DNA of 64,000 nt, from positions 1 through 64,000 of the forward strand of contig CAUYUJ010000308.1 of NCBI GenBank assembly GCA_963575745.1. The letters run 5' to 3'. Under the pieces are notes generated by a model that was not told where the DNA came from, searched no databases, and saw only the letters and a list, made by a program, of their open reading frames with translations. This DNA comes from Prorocentrum cordatum (lineage: Eukaryota). Position numbers and translations under genes: made by a program. Within the stretch, counting starts at the first letter, position 1; each line of letters opens with the position of its first letter. Positions 50,026 through 63,182 of this stretch are shown here, piece after piece.

Positions 50026-52981
50026 ATGATGAGGAGGAGGAGGAGGAGGAGGAGGAGGAGCAAGAGCAGGATCATGAGCAGGAGGAGGAGGGGGAGAGGT
50101 GGAATGTCCGTCTTCGGCGGGTAGCGCGTTTCTCTTCACTAGTACTATGTGCGCGTCGACCGCCCAGGGGCGACGCGCGCACATGCTATATGCGTCGTGG
50201 CTGGCGGCTGGCGCTTTCTGGCCGTACTTGCAGTTGTCAACTCCGCTGCTCGCGCAATCATCCCACCCACCCACCCGCAACTTGGTTTGCAAACCCCATG
50301 CGGAAGCGATTGCGATGAGTGCTTGTTGTTGGCTGCTGCATCTCTGCGGCCGCGCTAGCCCTCGCATGCTTGCGCGCGCAGCGGCCAGCTAGTTTGGCGC
50401 GACCGACGCGAACGTGGTGGCGCTGACCGCTCGGCACATCCCAGCGGGCACTTCAATGCGAGTCGACTTGGGCGGGGGCGGTATCATGACAACGTCGACA
50501 ACAGTAGACACGATGATGATTGTAGCGATGCTGGCGACGATGCTGACAGCGACGACGGGGCAGCCAGTGACGGCGCCGATGCTGATCACGCCGACGACGA
50601 TGACGGCGTCTTCGCGTCGGTGATGCAGGTTTCGAAGGAGGTCGAAATACGCGCGTGGCACACGCGTGAGCGTGGCCCGCGTGGTACTATTATCTAATTG
50701 CTTCGTTCATTCCGCCGGCCCATATTGCGTCGCCGCTGTCGTTTGTCGAGGTGTTGTTGTCAATGCGGTGCGTATGGGCGGCTGCCATTTTTCGGAGGCG
50801 GTGAGTGGCGGGTCAGAGGCCTTACGGATGTTGGTTGGGCTCTCGTGGCTGGCCTCTCAAGGGGCCTTTGGGAGGCAGTTTTGAGGCCTCTTGGGGGCCG
50901 TGTTGGGGCCTCTTGGGGCCTCTTGGGGGCGTCTTGGGGCTTCTTGGGGTGCCTCTTGGGGGCCCCGTGGGCCTCTTGGGGCCTCTTGGGGCCTCCTAGG
51001 GGCCTCTTGGGGCTGTCTTGGGGCTCTCTTGGGCCGTCATGGGTGCCTCTTGGGTTGTCTTGGGGCCATCTTGGGCCGTCTTGGGGCCCTCTTGGAGGCT
51101 TCGTGGGCCGTCTTGGGCCGTCTTGGAGCGCCAGTACGCCGAGAAGGCGAGAACGCCAAAAACCGTCAGAAACTGAAGGGGAATCACGCATTTCTGCCCC
51201 TGTGTGCCCTCTTGGGAGGTGTCTTGGAGGCCTCTTGTGGCGTCTTGAAGGCGCTTTGGGTTGTATGGAGGCAATCTCTGGCTTCTTGGATCGCTCTTGG
51301 ACCGTCTCGGGCCATGTTGAGCTCTCTTGGAGGCCACTTGAAGCGCTCTTGAGAAATTGCCGGGGCCTAGCCAGGATCTGCCCAGGACCCGGCCGAGACC
51401 TGCCCGGGATCTTGCCGGGACCTTGCCGGGATTTGCGGGGGTACTTTTCGTCTGGGGACCCCAGGGGCGGGCGGCCCCGCGCGCGCGAATTTGATTGAAA
51501 TGTTAACGAGTTGCCGGAAATCTTAGTACGCCCTTGGCCCGTTGGGCCAGCGAGTTTGACGCGGATCTTGCCACCCCAGCGCGCGCGTAAGGGCGTTCGA
51601 ACGATTTCGACATGCGCGCTCGCGAAGCCCGTTTGGTAGCATTTTGCGTATGAAGTTGTACAACATGCATGGTTTTCTTAGGAATTCGCAAGAACGCGCG
51701 CATTTTTGGTTTGTTTGAAATCCGTGCTGCGAAACGTCGCATTTTTGTTATATGTTTCTTGGACACTCGATTTTTACATCCTTATGGAACCCTCGATTTT
51801 TGAAGGATTCCGGCATGCGCGCGCGACGACGCGTGCGTGTGCAGTTTATTTTTTTTTGTTTTTTTTTTTTCTCCCCCCTCTCTTTATGGAAAGGATAATG
51901 TATAATATGTTCGGGTCGGACGCGCGTTTCCGAGGAGGACGCATAGTACTAGCCTATTTTTGTGCGTCCCAGACGAGGATGTGGGATGAGGAAGAGGAGG
52001 GGCAGGAGGAGGAGGAGGAGGAGGAGGAGGAGGAGGAGGAGGAGGAATGGGATGAGGAGGTAGGGGAGGACCATTGGGGGAAGAGGAAGAGGGAGACCGG
52101 AAGGAGAGCTGCAGCAGAGGGCAGCACCGGGCAGCGCAGGGCAGCACCAGAAAGCAACAGCAGGGCAGCGGATAGTTGGTGAGAGCAGCAGGGCAGCGCT
52201 CGCACTGGGACTCGCTCGCTGTAGGTCAACGGCTCAGAGGGTCCTCGAGCGCGGGCAGCAGATGGAAGTGCGAATTGCGATCGAGCGTCGTCGAAGGCAC
52301 CGTGAACGAGACGTCGGACACGGGGATGCAACCGATGGGTGATGGATTGGATGGCTTGGACTTGTTCACGCAAAGTCTCACTCACCCTCAGACTCGCTCG
52401 CGTTCAGACACTTCTGGAGGAACCCGCAGGCACGTGTATACGCATCTGGGGATACCCGCGTCGCGGGGACGCGCTGCAGCTTGATATGGTGAGGGGAAGA
52501 GGAAAAGTGGAAACATGGGGGGGGAGCGGGGGTATGAGCAGCCGCGATGGGGACTGGGGCGAAGGCAATGGGAGAGCGGACGGGGCAGAGGCTTAGGGGA
52601 GGGCAGGAAATGGAACGGGACGGGGGCGTTGAGACGGAGTGCGAGAAGTACGACGGGGGGCGCGTCCCCCACCCCTCCCCGTCAAGCACCCATTCCTGGA
52701 CCCTCCGCCAGTGCGTTACGAGCAGCCCTCCTTGAGGGGAGCCAGGCCCTTGCGACGAGGAGAGGCCCTCGGGACAGCCCAGCGGAGATCCTCGCGCAGG
52801 CATCTCGAGGTGTCTCGAAGCCTCCAGGGGTTCCATAGGGGGCCTTCGGAGGGCCCCCTGGAGCCCCTGGAGGCCCCTGGAGGCCCTGGGTCGCCCGCCG
52901 AGGGCTTCCGGAGGCCTGCCGGGAGTTCCCCGGAGGCGCTCCGAGGGCGCCCGCAGGGCGGGGGGAACGTGCCCGCGCCAG

Positions 52982-53119
52982 GAGATGCTGGCAGCGTTGT
53001 GGGAGCCGAGCGCGGTCGCGCGGCTGTGGCGGCTGGCGGGCGACGTCGACTCCGGGGGCGCGTCGGGCGCGCGCCGGGGCACTGGCGCGGTGGAGCACGC
53101 CCTGCGCTGCCTTGCCCTG
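52982..53119 (+). CDS. Exon of ARM/HEAT-like gene (EMLAALWEPSAVARLWRLAG...AVEHALRCLAL)
   Basis: CAG|G acceptor, CTG|GT donor, 138 nt, phase 0-0. Confidence 0.65.
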
Positions 53120-53139
53120 GTGGGCGCGCGCGCAGGCCC

Positions 53140-53140
53140 A

Positions 53141-53171
<31 letters not shown>

Positions 53172-53877
53172 AGACGACGGCGTCGGCGGCGGCGGCGGTG
53201 GCGACGCAGGTCCGACGGTGACGACGACGACGGCGACGACGACGACGGCGACGTCGACGCCGACGACGCCGACGCCGACGCTAGCGCCGACGCCGTCGCC
53301 GACGCCGACTGCACCGCCGCCGCCGCCGCCGACGACGACGACGAAGACGACGACGCCGACTGCGCCGCCGCCGCCAACGGCGACGACGACGACGACGACG
53401 ATGCCTCCCATGACGCGGGCCCGACGGCGACGAGAACGACGCAGGCCCGACAGCGACGACGACGATAACGTCGACGACGATGACGGCGACGGCGACGGCG
53501 ACTGCGACGGCGACGGCGACGGCGGGTGCGGCGGCGACGACGACCATGACGCAACACCCGCCGCCGCCGCCGCCGCCAATTACAACGCCGACGACGACGC
53601 CGACGATGTCGACGCCGCCGACGAGGAGGACGACAACGATGACGACGACGACGGCGACGCCGACGACGCCGACGAAGACGTCACGCCGACGACGACCGAC
53701 GACGCCGACGCCGATGCCGACGGTGCCGCCTCCGCCTCCGCCTCCGCTTCCGCCGACGCCGCCGCCGCCAACGACGACGCCGACCGCGTCGACGCCGCCG
53801 ACGACGACAACGACGATGACGACGGCGACGCCGACGACGACGACGACGAAGACGACGCTAACGCCGCCGACGCCCGA

Positions 53878-53911
<34 letters not shown>

Positions 53912-54264
53912 ACTGCCGCCTCCGCCTCCGCTTCCGCCGACGCCGGCGCCGACGCCGGCGCCGCCGCCACCGACGCCGCCGACGGCGACGACGACGACGA
54001 CGACGCCGACACTGCCGCCTCCGCCTCCGCTTTCGCCGACGCCGACGCCGACGACGCCGCCGCCGACGACGACGACGACGATGACGATGTCGACGACGAC
54101 GCAGGCCCGATGGCGACGACGACGACGACGACGACAACGACGACGACGATGACGACGGCGACGACGACGGCGACTACGACGGCGACGGCGACGGCGGGTG
54201 TGGCGGATGCGGCGGCGACGACGACGACGACGGACGCAGCGCCCGCCGCCGACGCCGCCGCCGC

Positions 54265-54301
<37 letters not shown>

Positions 54302-54815
54302 TGCGCCGCCGCCGCCAACGACGACGCCGACGACGACGCCGACGACGTCGACGCCGCCGACGACGAGGACGACAATGACGACGACGACAGCGACGGCGAC
54401 GATGACGAAAACGACGCTGACGCCGACGACGACCGACACCGCCGACCCCGACGGCGATGCCGACGTCGACTGCGCCGCTGCCGCCAACGCCGACGCCGAC
54501 GACGATGCCGACGACGTCGACGCCGCCGACGACGAGGACGACATCGACGACGACGACGGCGACGCAATTTCGACGACGACGAAAACGACGCTGACGCCGA
54601 CGACGACCGACACCGCTGACACCGACGCCGATGCCGACGGTGCCGCCTCCGCCTCCGCCTCCGCTTCCGCCGACGCCGCCGGCGCCGACGCCGACGACGA
54701 CTGCGCCGCCGCCGCCACCGCCGCCGCCGTCGTCGTCGTCCGCGACGACGACGACGACCATGTCGACGATGTCGGCGACGACGCAGGCCTGACGGCGACG
54801 AGGACGACGCAGGCC

Positions 54816-54848
<33 letters not shown>

Positions 54849-55390
54849 CGACGGCGACGGCGACGGCGACTACGACGACGCCGACGCCGACGCCGACGGC
54901 GACTGCGCCGCTGCCGCCGCCGCCGGCGACGACGACGATGAAGACGCCAATGCCGCGCAGGCCCGACGGCGACGACGACGACGATGGCGGCGGCGGCGGC
55001 TGCGGCGGCGGCGGCGATGACGACGACGATGACGATGACGACCGCGATGCCGACGCAGGCCCGGCGGCGACGACGACGACGCCGACGACGGCGGCAGCGG
55101 CGGCGGCGGGTGCGGCGGCGGCGACGACGACGACGACGCCGATGCCGCCGCCGACGCCGAGGCCTTCTGCGCCGCTGCCGCCGCCGCCGACGACGTCGAC
55201 GACAATCTCGACGACGATGCAGGGTGCACGGCGACGACGACGACGCAGGCCCGACGGCGACGACGCGACGACGTCGACGTCGACGACGACGACGATGACG
55301 ACGACGACGCAGGCCCTACGGCGACGACGACGACAACGACGGCGACGACGCAGTCCCGACGGCGACGACGACGAAAGCCCGACGCGGCCG
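53140..55390. repeat. Degenerate (GAC/GCC/GGC)n low-complexity block with higher-order repeats, filling an intron
   Basis: Seen directly; recurring ACGCAGGCCCGACGGCGAC motif. Confidence 0.95.
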
Positions 55391-55458
55391 CGCGGCCGCC
55401 GGAGCCCCTTGCGCCCCGCACGAGCGCGCGGTGCGGCAGCGCGGGGGTGGGAGGGGAG

Positions 55459-55516
55459 GTGATCGTTCGCCAATCGCGCATGTACCACCACTGGGCCTGG
55501 CCCGAGCCCCAGGATG
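55459..55516 (+). CDS. Exon (VIVRQSRMYHHWAWPEPQD-G)
   Basis: GAG|G acceptor, ATG|GT donor, 58 nt, phase 0 to 1. This bridges exactly the phases of exons 52982-53119 and 56090-56157. Confidence 0.6.
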
Positions 55517-56089
55517 GTGAATCGACCGGTGCGACACGCCACGGCCCAGCATCGCCCTGAGAGCGCGTGCTGGTATTGTACGGGCGCCCTCTGCGTAGTG
55601 CAGAGGTGGGCGGGGAGGACGAGGAGGGATGGGGCTTGATGGGGGGAGCGCGCTGCAGAGTGCGCTGGAAGGTGCGCTGCAAGAAGCGGGAGGATGAGGA
55701 GACTGCGCTGGAGGAGGGAAGGGCCGGGGGCCGAACACTCGCAGGAAGAAGAGGAGGAGGACGAGGAGGAGGAGGAGGCGGAGGAGGAAGAGCAGCAGTA
55801 TTGAGGAGGATGAGCAGGAAGGGTGTGGACGGAAGGTGACGAAATATGGACCGAGGTTTCTCCGGCGACGGGAGGCTCGGTCTTGGGCCGCGTCTGCGCG
55901 GATCTTCCCGTGGGTGCCAACCGACGCTGATCCTCAAAGCACTTGTATCGAAGATGTATGGAAAACGGTACGTGTCAGGCGAGCCAGCCATTGTCGGGAC
56001 GATCTCAGTGGATGCAGACGAGCCGGCCGAAACTGACCCGCGGCACGACCAGTTCGGGACGAGGGCAGGCTGTTGGGGCCGTCTCGCAG

Positions 56090-56157
56090 GCGTCTGGCCA
56101 GAGCTGAACGAGGAGTTCACCGCCTCCCTTGTGCGCCTGCTCGTCTTCGGCAGCGAG
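56090..56157 (+). CDS. Exon (G-VWPELNEEFTASLVRLLVFGSE)
   Basis: CAG|G acceptor, GAG|GC donor, 68 nt, phase 1 to 0. ARM-like LVRLL..GS motif. Confidence 0.65.
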
Positions 56158-56362
56158 GCTGCTTCTCAACTAGCTCGGGTCCGGGAATCATTGGCCTTGA
56201 GAAGCACAGCCCTGATCTCATCAGCGGGGCCTCGTGATCAGCAGTGGTAAGCCGGGCGTGTCCCCCTACAGGAGACATGCTCAAACATAGACAGAAAGTT
56301 GTCGGGTGGCGATTATTGTCGGGGGACGATTTCTCGATTCTTGTTGTTGTTGTTGTTGTTGT

Positions 56363-56397
<35 letters not shown>

Positions 56398-56404
56398 CTG
56401 CCGC

Positions 56405-56444
<40 letters not shown>

Positions 56445-56485
56445 GCTGTTGTTGCCGTTGTTGCTGTTGTTGCCGTTGTTGCTGT

Positions 56486-56526
<41 letters not shown>

Positions 56527-57542
56527 TTGTTGAACATTATTTATTCTAAAGAATAATTATTGTTGGGCCCCCTGGTGCGCGCCCCCCCTGCGCCGCCTAG
56601 GCCGCAGCTACATTTTCATCATTTTCGTGAGGAAGTCTCAGAAAAGAGGGTGTGTACAGGATCCGGTTGTTTTGTTGTAATCCGCTTTCCCTTGCAAAAA
56701 ACAATAGAAAATGACATTTCTTGTTCTAATATAATCAAATTTCAAGAATCCCTTGCAAAAAATAAGGTAAAGTGGACATTCGCGCGCGCAAGACGAAATC
56801 CTTCCAAAACCTTAGTGTTCGCAGCGATTTTAACATAAAAACATCAAAAAACCAATGGTTTTTCAAAAAAAATTGTCAAAATCTCATCCCGCGCGCTCTT
56901 GCGGATTCGTAGGAAACCCAACACTTTTTAAACATTTCTGTCAAACGGGCTTTTGCGAGCAACTTTTTCGAACTTCTGCGACAACGGTTGCGCACCTGCC
57001 AGGGCCATCATCCCTGTCAAATAATACCATGCGGGACACATTCGTTTTTTCTTCGCGCGCGCACGCCGAAATCTCCAAAAACCATTGGGCTTCTTAAGAA
57101 TTTTAGCACCGCGCATCATAAAATCACACGAATCGCACCGTAGGTCCTCGAAAAACACCTGCACGACTTTTCAAAATTTCCACCCGCGCGCGCTGTCCGA
57201 ATCCTAAAAAAACCAATGCATTCATATGCAACAGATGTTCTGTGGAAGGCTTAACAACTTCTGTGGGTTAACAAGGCTTAACAACTTCTGTGGGTGTACG
57301 AACGTAGGCTTAACAACTTCTGTGGGTGTGTACTCCACGCCAGTGTAGTAGCCACGGTCGTCCGCAGGCCACGAAGTGAAGTGTCCGAACGTCATAGGGC
57401 GGGAAGCTGGGTGTGGGTGGTGGCGAAGAGTCGTGTGGATATTTGGTAGAGCTTGCACTGCCCCCCCACAAAGTGGGGGTATTGGCTGGCGTCGCATGAA
57501 AACCCTGGCACTGGTGAGAACACTGAGCGTTCGGGTAAAGTG

Positions 57543-57580
<38 letters not shown>

Positions 57581-57590
57581 GTTGTGGTTT

Positions 57591-57634
<44 letters not shown>

Positions 57635-57772
57635 GGTTGTTGTTGTTGTTGTTGTTGTTGCTGTGCTGCTGCTGCGCTGCTTGTTGTTGTTGTGTTGTTG
57701 TTGTTGATGTTGCTGCTGCTGCTGCTGCTGTTGTTGTTGGTGTTGTTGCTGTGTTGCCGTTGTTGGTGTGCG

Positions 57773-57809
<37 letters not shown>

Positions 57810-57829
57810 TTGTTGTTGGTGTTGTTGTT

Positions 57830-57873
<44 letters not shown>

Positions 57874-57875
57874 GG

Positions 57876-57916
<41 letters not shown>

Positions 57917-57917
57917 G

Positions 57918-57953
<36 letters not shown>

Positions 57954-57986
57954 TTGTTGTTGTTGTTGTTGTTGTTTTCTTTGTCG

Positions 57987-58039
<53 letters not shown>

Positions 58040-58489
58040 GGAATAATCTGGGTCTGGGACGCTCCCACACGCAGAACCAGTGGACGTCCTGGGGTCTCAG
58101 GGCTGGGTCTCCTATGGCTGGTTTCTTGTGGTTGGGCCTCCGCTGTATGGAAGCCCCCCCTCCTTGCGTGCAGCCAGGGATCCCTGCCACAAGCGTTCCC
58201 TCGAAAGGAGGAGGAGGAGGAGGAGGAGGAGGAGGAGGAGGAGGAGGAGGAGGAGGAGGAGGAGGAGGAGGAGGAGGAGGAGGAGGAGGAGGAGGAGGAG
58301 GAGGAGGAGGAGGAGGAGGAGGAGGAGGGATGGGGGGTCCCTCGGGCCCCCGGGGCCGCTGCTTCCCGGGCCCCGGCCGGCGGCTGGGGTGCTGGCCAGC
58401 CGCCCGCGCGCGGCGCTGCTCGGGGACTTGGGACCCCTCCGCCGCGCCGCTTCGCAGGCGCCAGGGGCGGGCGGGGGTGCCGCCGCCGC

Positions 58490-58595
<106 letters not shown>

Positions 58596-58627
58596 CTCGT
58601 CGTCGTCGCCGTCGTCGTCGTCGCCGC

Positions 58628-58665
<38 letters not shown>

Positions 58666-58721
58666 TCGTGGTCGTCGCCGTCGTCGTCCTCGTGCTCCTC
58701 CTTCCCCCCCGCCGCCTTCCC

Positions 58722-58916
58722 CTAACTCGGGCCTGTCCCCCTACAGGGGGATTTTCGACGAAGAATAAAAGATACCGCAAACATGCCCCCCAAAGGCTAA
58801 ACAAAAATAAAACAAATAGTTCCTAGATTATTTTTGACTTATTTTTTTGATTGTTTTTGTGGGTATTTTAAATTTTTCGTAGGAAATCTCCCTGTAGGGG
58901 GACACGCCCGACTTAA
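58722..58916. mobile_element. hAT-type MITE with 8-bp TSD GCCTTCCC (same TIR family as 17498-17644)
   Basis: CTAACTCGGGCCTGTCCCCCTACAGG / CCTGTAGGGGGACACGCCCGACTTAA. GCCTTCCC at 58714-58721 and 58917-58924. Confidence 0.8.
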
Positions 58917-58932
58917 GCCTTCCCCCCCGCAG

Positions 58933-59000
58933 GGCGGCGGCCGCCTCGCGGCGGCGGCGGGGGCGCTGCAGGTCCTGCGCGGCTGCGACAGCTGCGGCAG
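58933..59000 (+). CDS. Candidate exon (GGGRLAAAAGALQVLRGCDSCG)
   Basis: Pyrimidine tract + CAG|G acceptor and CAG|GC donor. The phase 0 start fits after ...FGSE. Confidence 0.45.
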
Positions 59001-59167
59001 GCGGGGGCCGCTCCTCGGAATCGTGCCTTCCTTTTTTTTGTTGTTTTGTTCGTTGTGTCTTTTGTTGTCTTTTGTTGTCGTCGTTGTTGTTGATGATGTT
59101 GTTGTTGTTGTTGTTGTTGTTGTTGCTGCTGCTGCTTCTGCTGCTGCTGTTGTTGCTGTTGTTGTTG

Positions 59168-59259
<92 letters not shown>

Positions 59260-61318
59260 GCTGTTGTTGTGGTTGTTGTTGTTGTTGCTGTTGTTGTGGT
59301 TGTTGTTCGTTTTGGCTTGTTCTGTTTTGCGTGGGTCTGTCTGGCCCACCCCTGTCCCCATCCCCATCCCCATCCAGACCCCCACCTGGTGGTCAATCGG
59401 AGGAGGAGGAGGAGGATCGGAGGAGGAGGAGGAGGAGGAGGAGGAGGCCCCCCACCCCCTCCTCCTACTCCTCCTCCTCCTCCTCCTCCTCCTCCTCCTC
59501 CTCCTCCTCCTCCTCCTCCTCCTCCTGGGGGGAATGTCCCCATCTGGTGGTAAAATCGGCCCGCGGGGCCGCCCCACGCCCGTGGGGACGGCGGGGCGGC
59601 CAGACGGTGCTCGGGGGCTGGTCGTGGGGCTGGGCGCGGGGCCAGGAGCGCTACTCGAGAATGCTCAGGGGATTCTCGAGAATGCTGCAGGGAGCCTGAC
59701 GAACACTTCGGGAGTCCTTCCTGAATCCTTTTTTCGGGATCGGGACTCCTTTCTGAGATCAGCACGAAGCCTTTGGATTCCCCACTGGGCCCCAGGAGTC
59801 CTCAGGTACTCCAGATTTCGTAACAAAAGGGAGGGGGTCTGGACCCTCCAAGACGAGCCATTTCAGACCCCCCCCCCCGTGGGAGAACCCTCCAAAACAT
59901 CGTCCCCAGACCCCCCCAGGCCCTCCAAGATAGCCTGGATGAGACCCCCCCGAAATGAGACCCCCCTCCCTTTATTACGAAATCTGGAGTAGCCATGGGG
60001 CGGTCGCGAGCCTTAGCCCAGCGCTGTTCGGCCACTGGAAGTGCCCGCGTCCACGTTCAGCTCCCTCGGGGATGGACAGGACCCCCACCCCGACACGTCG
60101 ACTAGTGAATTGTCCGTCTTCGGTTCTCGAGAGGGCGCCGCGGCCGTCATTTTCCAGGCTTGCGCCCGCGAGGTTTGGGGGCCCGAGGCCGTTTTCACTA
60201 GACCACGTTTTGCTCATGGGGATTCTGCCCATCCTCGAGTGGGTCCCCGGGCAGGGCTCGACCTGAGAGGTGTTTTGGCGATTTCGTAGGCCGTTCTTGT
60301 TCTGGTTCCGCTTCTGCGGCAGAGGAGGAACAAATGACAAACCGAGGGGCAGCGGAAACAACACGACAACGAAGCACACCGTTTAGGTCGAGCCCTGCCT
60401 CCGGGGATCTTTACAGAGTGGCGAAGCGTCCCGACCTGCCTATAATCCCACCAGGGCAGGTTCTGGGTGCTTCCTGCGGTCTGCGCGACCTGGTCTTAGT
60501 CCTGGACCGTTCCTGGCTCAGGCAGTCTTGTGGAAATTCGTAGATTCGATGTTCTGCTAAAGCTGCTGTTGTCATGGCCGCGTGGTGTTTGTGCGAAGAG
60601 CATGGCGTGGTAGGCCCATCGGAGTGGGGATGCGGTCGGCCCCTGCTCAAGATCTCGACCCCTTCCCCAGGGTCGGCTCTGCGTCCCGGGCCGGTTCCTG
60701 GCAGCCCCAGGGCCGGGAACGGGCTCCGGATGCCCAAGATCACATGAGCCGTCAGGCTTTTTGTTGCAGTTGACGGAGGCCGTGCTGTTGGCGTCTGAGC
60801 CGGGGTTCGATCCGTGCGGGGAGTGGGGCCATTGTGGGCGCTCCGAAAGGCACTCGCGAAGCCCCATCCCCACAGCGGCTCTCGCCGAGGCGAGGGCGCC
60901 TATTTTCTGCCTCTTGGCGTTCGCCCTGCCTCGAGGTAACATGTGGGCTGCAACTTGCGCTGCTGAAGAAAAAAGTGCTCCGCTTGCTTGGGGCCTCTGT
61001 GAGGCTTGCCGCCGCCATGGCAGGAGTCTCTTTGACATCCTTTTCCCAGCACAGTCAGCTAGTGCGCTGTGGGTGTGTAAGCTACCTGGTGCGAGCTATG
61101 CATGTATGCATCTGTATGTATGCATGTCTGGTGAATGCTCTGCGGTGTACGCAGTATGGTGGATGACACGTGATACCTACACGACCACCCTTCGGGCGAT
61201 AAGGAGCTTCGGGGGGTGGGGAGGAACCAACGTCGCACTCCTTCGATCTCAATATCGATCTCAAATCGATCTTTCCCAATCGATCTCATTCGGTCGATCT
61301 CGCAATCGATCGAGACAG

Positions 61319-63182
61319 TGCGCCAGTGGATCTCCCTGAATACACTAAGGGGGGGGGGGTCCAGAACCCCCCCCCCTCCCCCCCATTCAAGGGGGGGGGC
61401 GGTCCAGACCCCCCCGCCTCCCCCTCTTAAGGGGGGGGGGGGGTCCCGAACCCCCCTCTCCCCCTCCCTTGAAGGGGGGGGGTCCGGACCCTTCCCCCCT
61501 CCCCCCCTTGGCGCTGGAAAAGGGGGGGGGTCGGACCCCCCCCCTCGTGTAGGTATTATGGAGTTGGGAGTAGGGAGTGGTGAGCAGTGAGTAGTGAGTT
61601 AGTGCGTAGTGAGTAGTGAGTTTTGGGTAGTGAGTAGTGGGTAGTGAGTGGCGAGTAGGGAGTAGGGAGTAGGGAGTGGGGAGTAGTGAGTAAGTCAATA
61701 GTGAGTAGTGTGTACTGAAAAGTGAGTAGTGGGTGGCGAGTGGTGAGTAGTGAGTAGTGAGTAGCGAGTAGCGAGTAGTGAGTACTGAATAGGGAGTAGG
61801 GAGGAAAGAGTAGTGGGTAGTGAGTAGTGAGTGGTGGTTGGCGACTAGTGATTAAGTGAGTAGTGGGTAGTGCGTAGTGCGTAGTGAGTAGTGAGTATTG
61901 AGTAGTGGGTATTGAGTAGTGAGTGGTGAGTAGTGAGTAGTGAATAGTGAGTAGCGAGTAGTGAGTAGTGAGTAATGAGTAGTGGGTATTGAGCAGACGT
62001 AGTGCGTAGTAAGTAGTGGGTAGTGATGATTACAGAGTAGTGGGTAGTGGCAGTGGGTAGTGAGTAGTGAGTAGCGAGTAGTGAGTAGCGAGTAGTGAGT
62101 GGTGAGGAGCGAGTAGGGCGTAGTGAGTAGTGAACAGTGAGTAGTGAGTAGTGAGTAGAGAGTAGTCGCTAGTGAGTAGTGGGTAGTGATCAGTGAGTGA
62201 AAAGTAGGGAGTAGCGAGTAGTGGGTAGTTAGTAGTGAGTAGTGAGTAGGGGGTAGTGAACAGTGAGTAGTAATAAGTGGGTAGCGAATAGTGGGTAGTG
62301 AGTTGCGATTGGTGGGTAGTGTGTAGTGGGTAGTGAGTAGTGACTAGTGACTAGTGAGTTGTGACTAGTGGCTTGAGACTATGTAGTGACTAGTGAGTAG
62401 GGAGTAGTAAGTAGTGAGTAGTGAACAGCGAGTAGCGGGGAGTGAGTAGTGAGTATTGAGTAGCGAATATGGGAGTAGCGAGTAGTGAGTACTGAGTACT
62501 GTGTATTCAGTCATGTGTAGGGAGTAGGGAGTAGCGAGTAGCGAGTAGTGGGTAGTGAGTAGTGATTTGTGGGCAATGAGTAGTTACTAGTGAGTAGTGA
62601 GTAGTGAGTAGTGGAAAGTGGGTAGTGGGGAATGAGTAGTGATTAGTGGGTAGTGAGTAAGGAATAGCCAGTAGTTCTTAGTGAGTAGTGAGTGTTGAGT
62701 ACTGGGTAGTGAAGAGTGAGTAGCGAGTAGTGAGTAGCGAGGAGGGAGTAGTGAGTAGGGAGTAGTGAGTAGCGACTAGTGGGTGGTGGGTAGTGAGTAG
62801 TGGATAGTGAGTAGTGAGTCGTGAGTAGTGAGTAGGGGGTAGTGAGAAGTGAGTAGCGAATAGCGAATAGTCAGTAGTGGGTAGTGAGTAACGAGTAGTG
62901 AGTGCTCTTTGGGGCTGGGGTTAGTGGTTGGGGTTGTGATTCGGGGTTTGGGTGAGGACTAGGGGTAGGGGTGGCGGGGGTCGGGTTCCGGAATCAGGGG
63001 GCGGCGTGGCGAAAGGGGTGGGGGGGGTTGGGGACCGCCACACCCCTTGAAAGGGGGGAAGGGGGGGGGGGGGTCCCTCGACGACGGATCGGGGAAGGGA
63101 GGGAGGGGGGGGGGTTCCCCGACGACGGATCGGGGAAGGGGGGGGGTCCTAACCCCCCCCCTTGGGGAGATCCAGCGGCGCA
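61319..63182. mobile_element. TIR element enclosing a ~1.35 kb (TAGTGAG)n heptamer satellite (~61560-62905)
   Basis: TGCGCCAGTGGATCTCCC (61319-61336) / GGGAGATCCAGCGGCGCA (63165-63182). Inner poly-G/poly-C hairpin arms. It interrupts an (ATCGATCTC)-type repeat present on both sides. Confidence 0.7.

Noticed and set aside
52639..55920. Long poly-Asp/Thr/Arg/Ser ORFs, and similar poly-amino-acid ORFs elsewhere
   Set aside because: Stop-free trinucleotide microsatellites stay open in several frames on both strands.
61560..62905. Telomere
   Set aside because: The unit is degenerate TAGTGAG rather than TTTAGGG, internal, and enclosed by TIRs.
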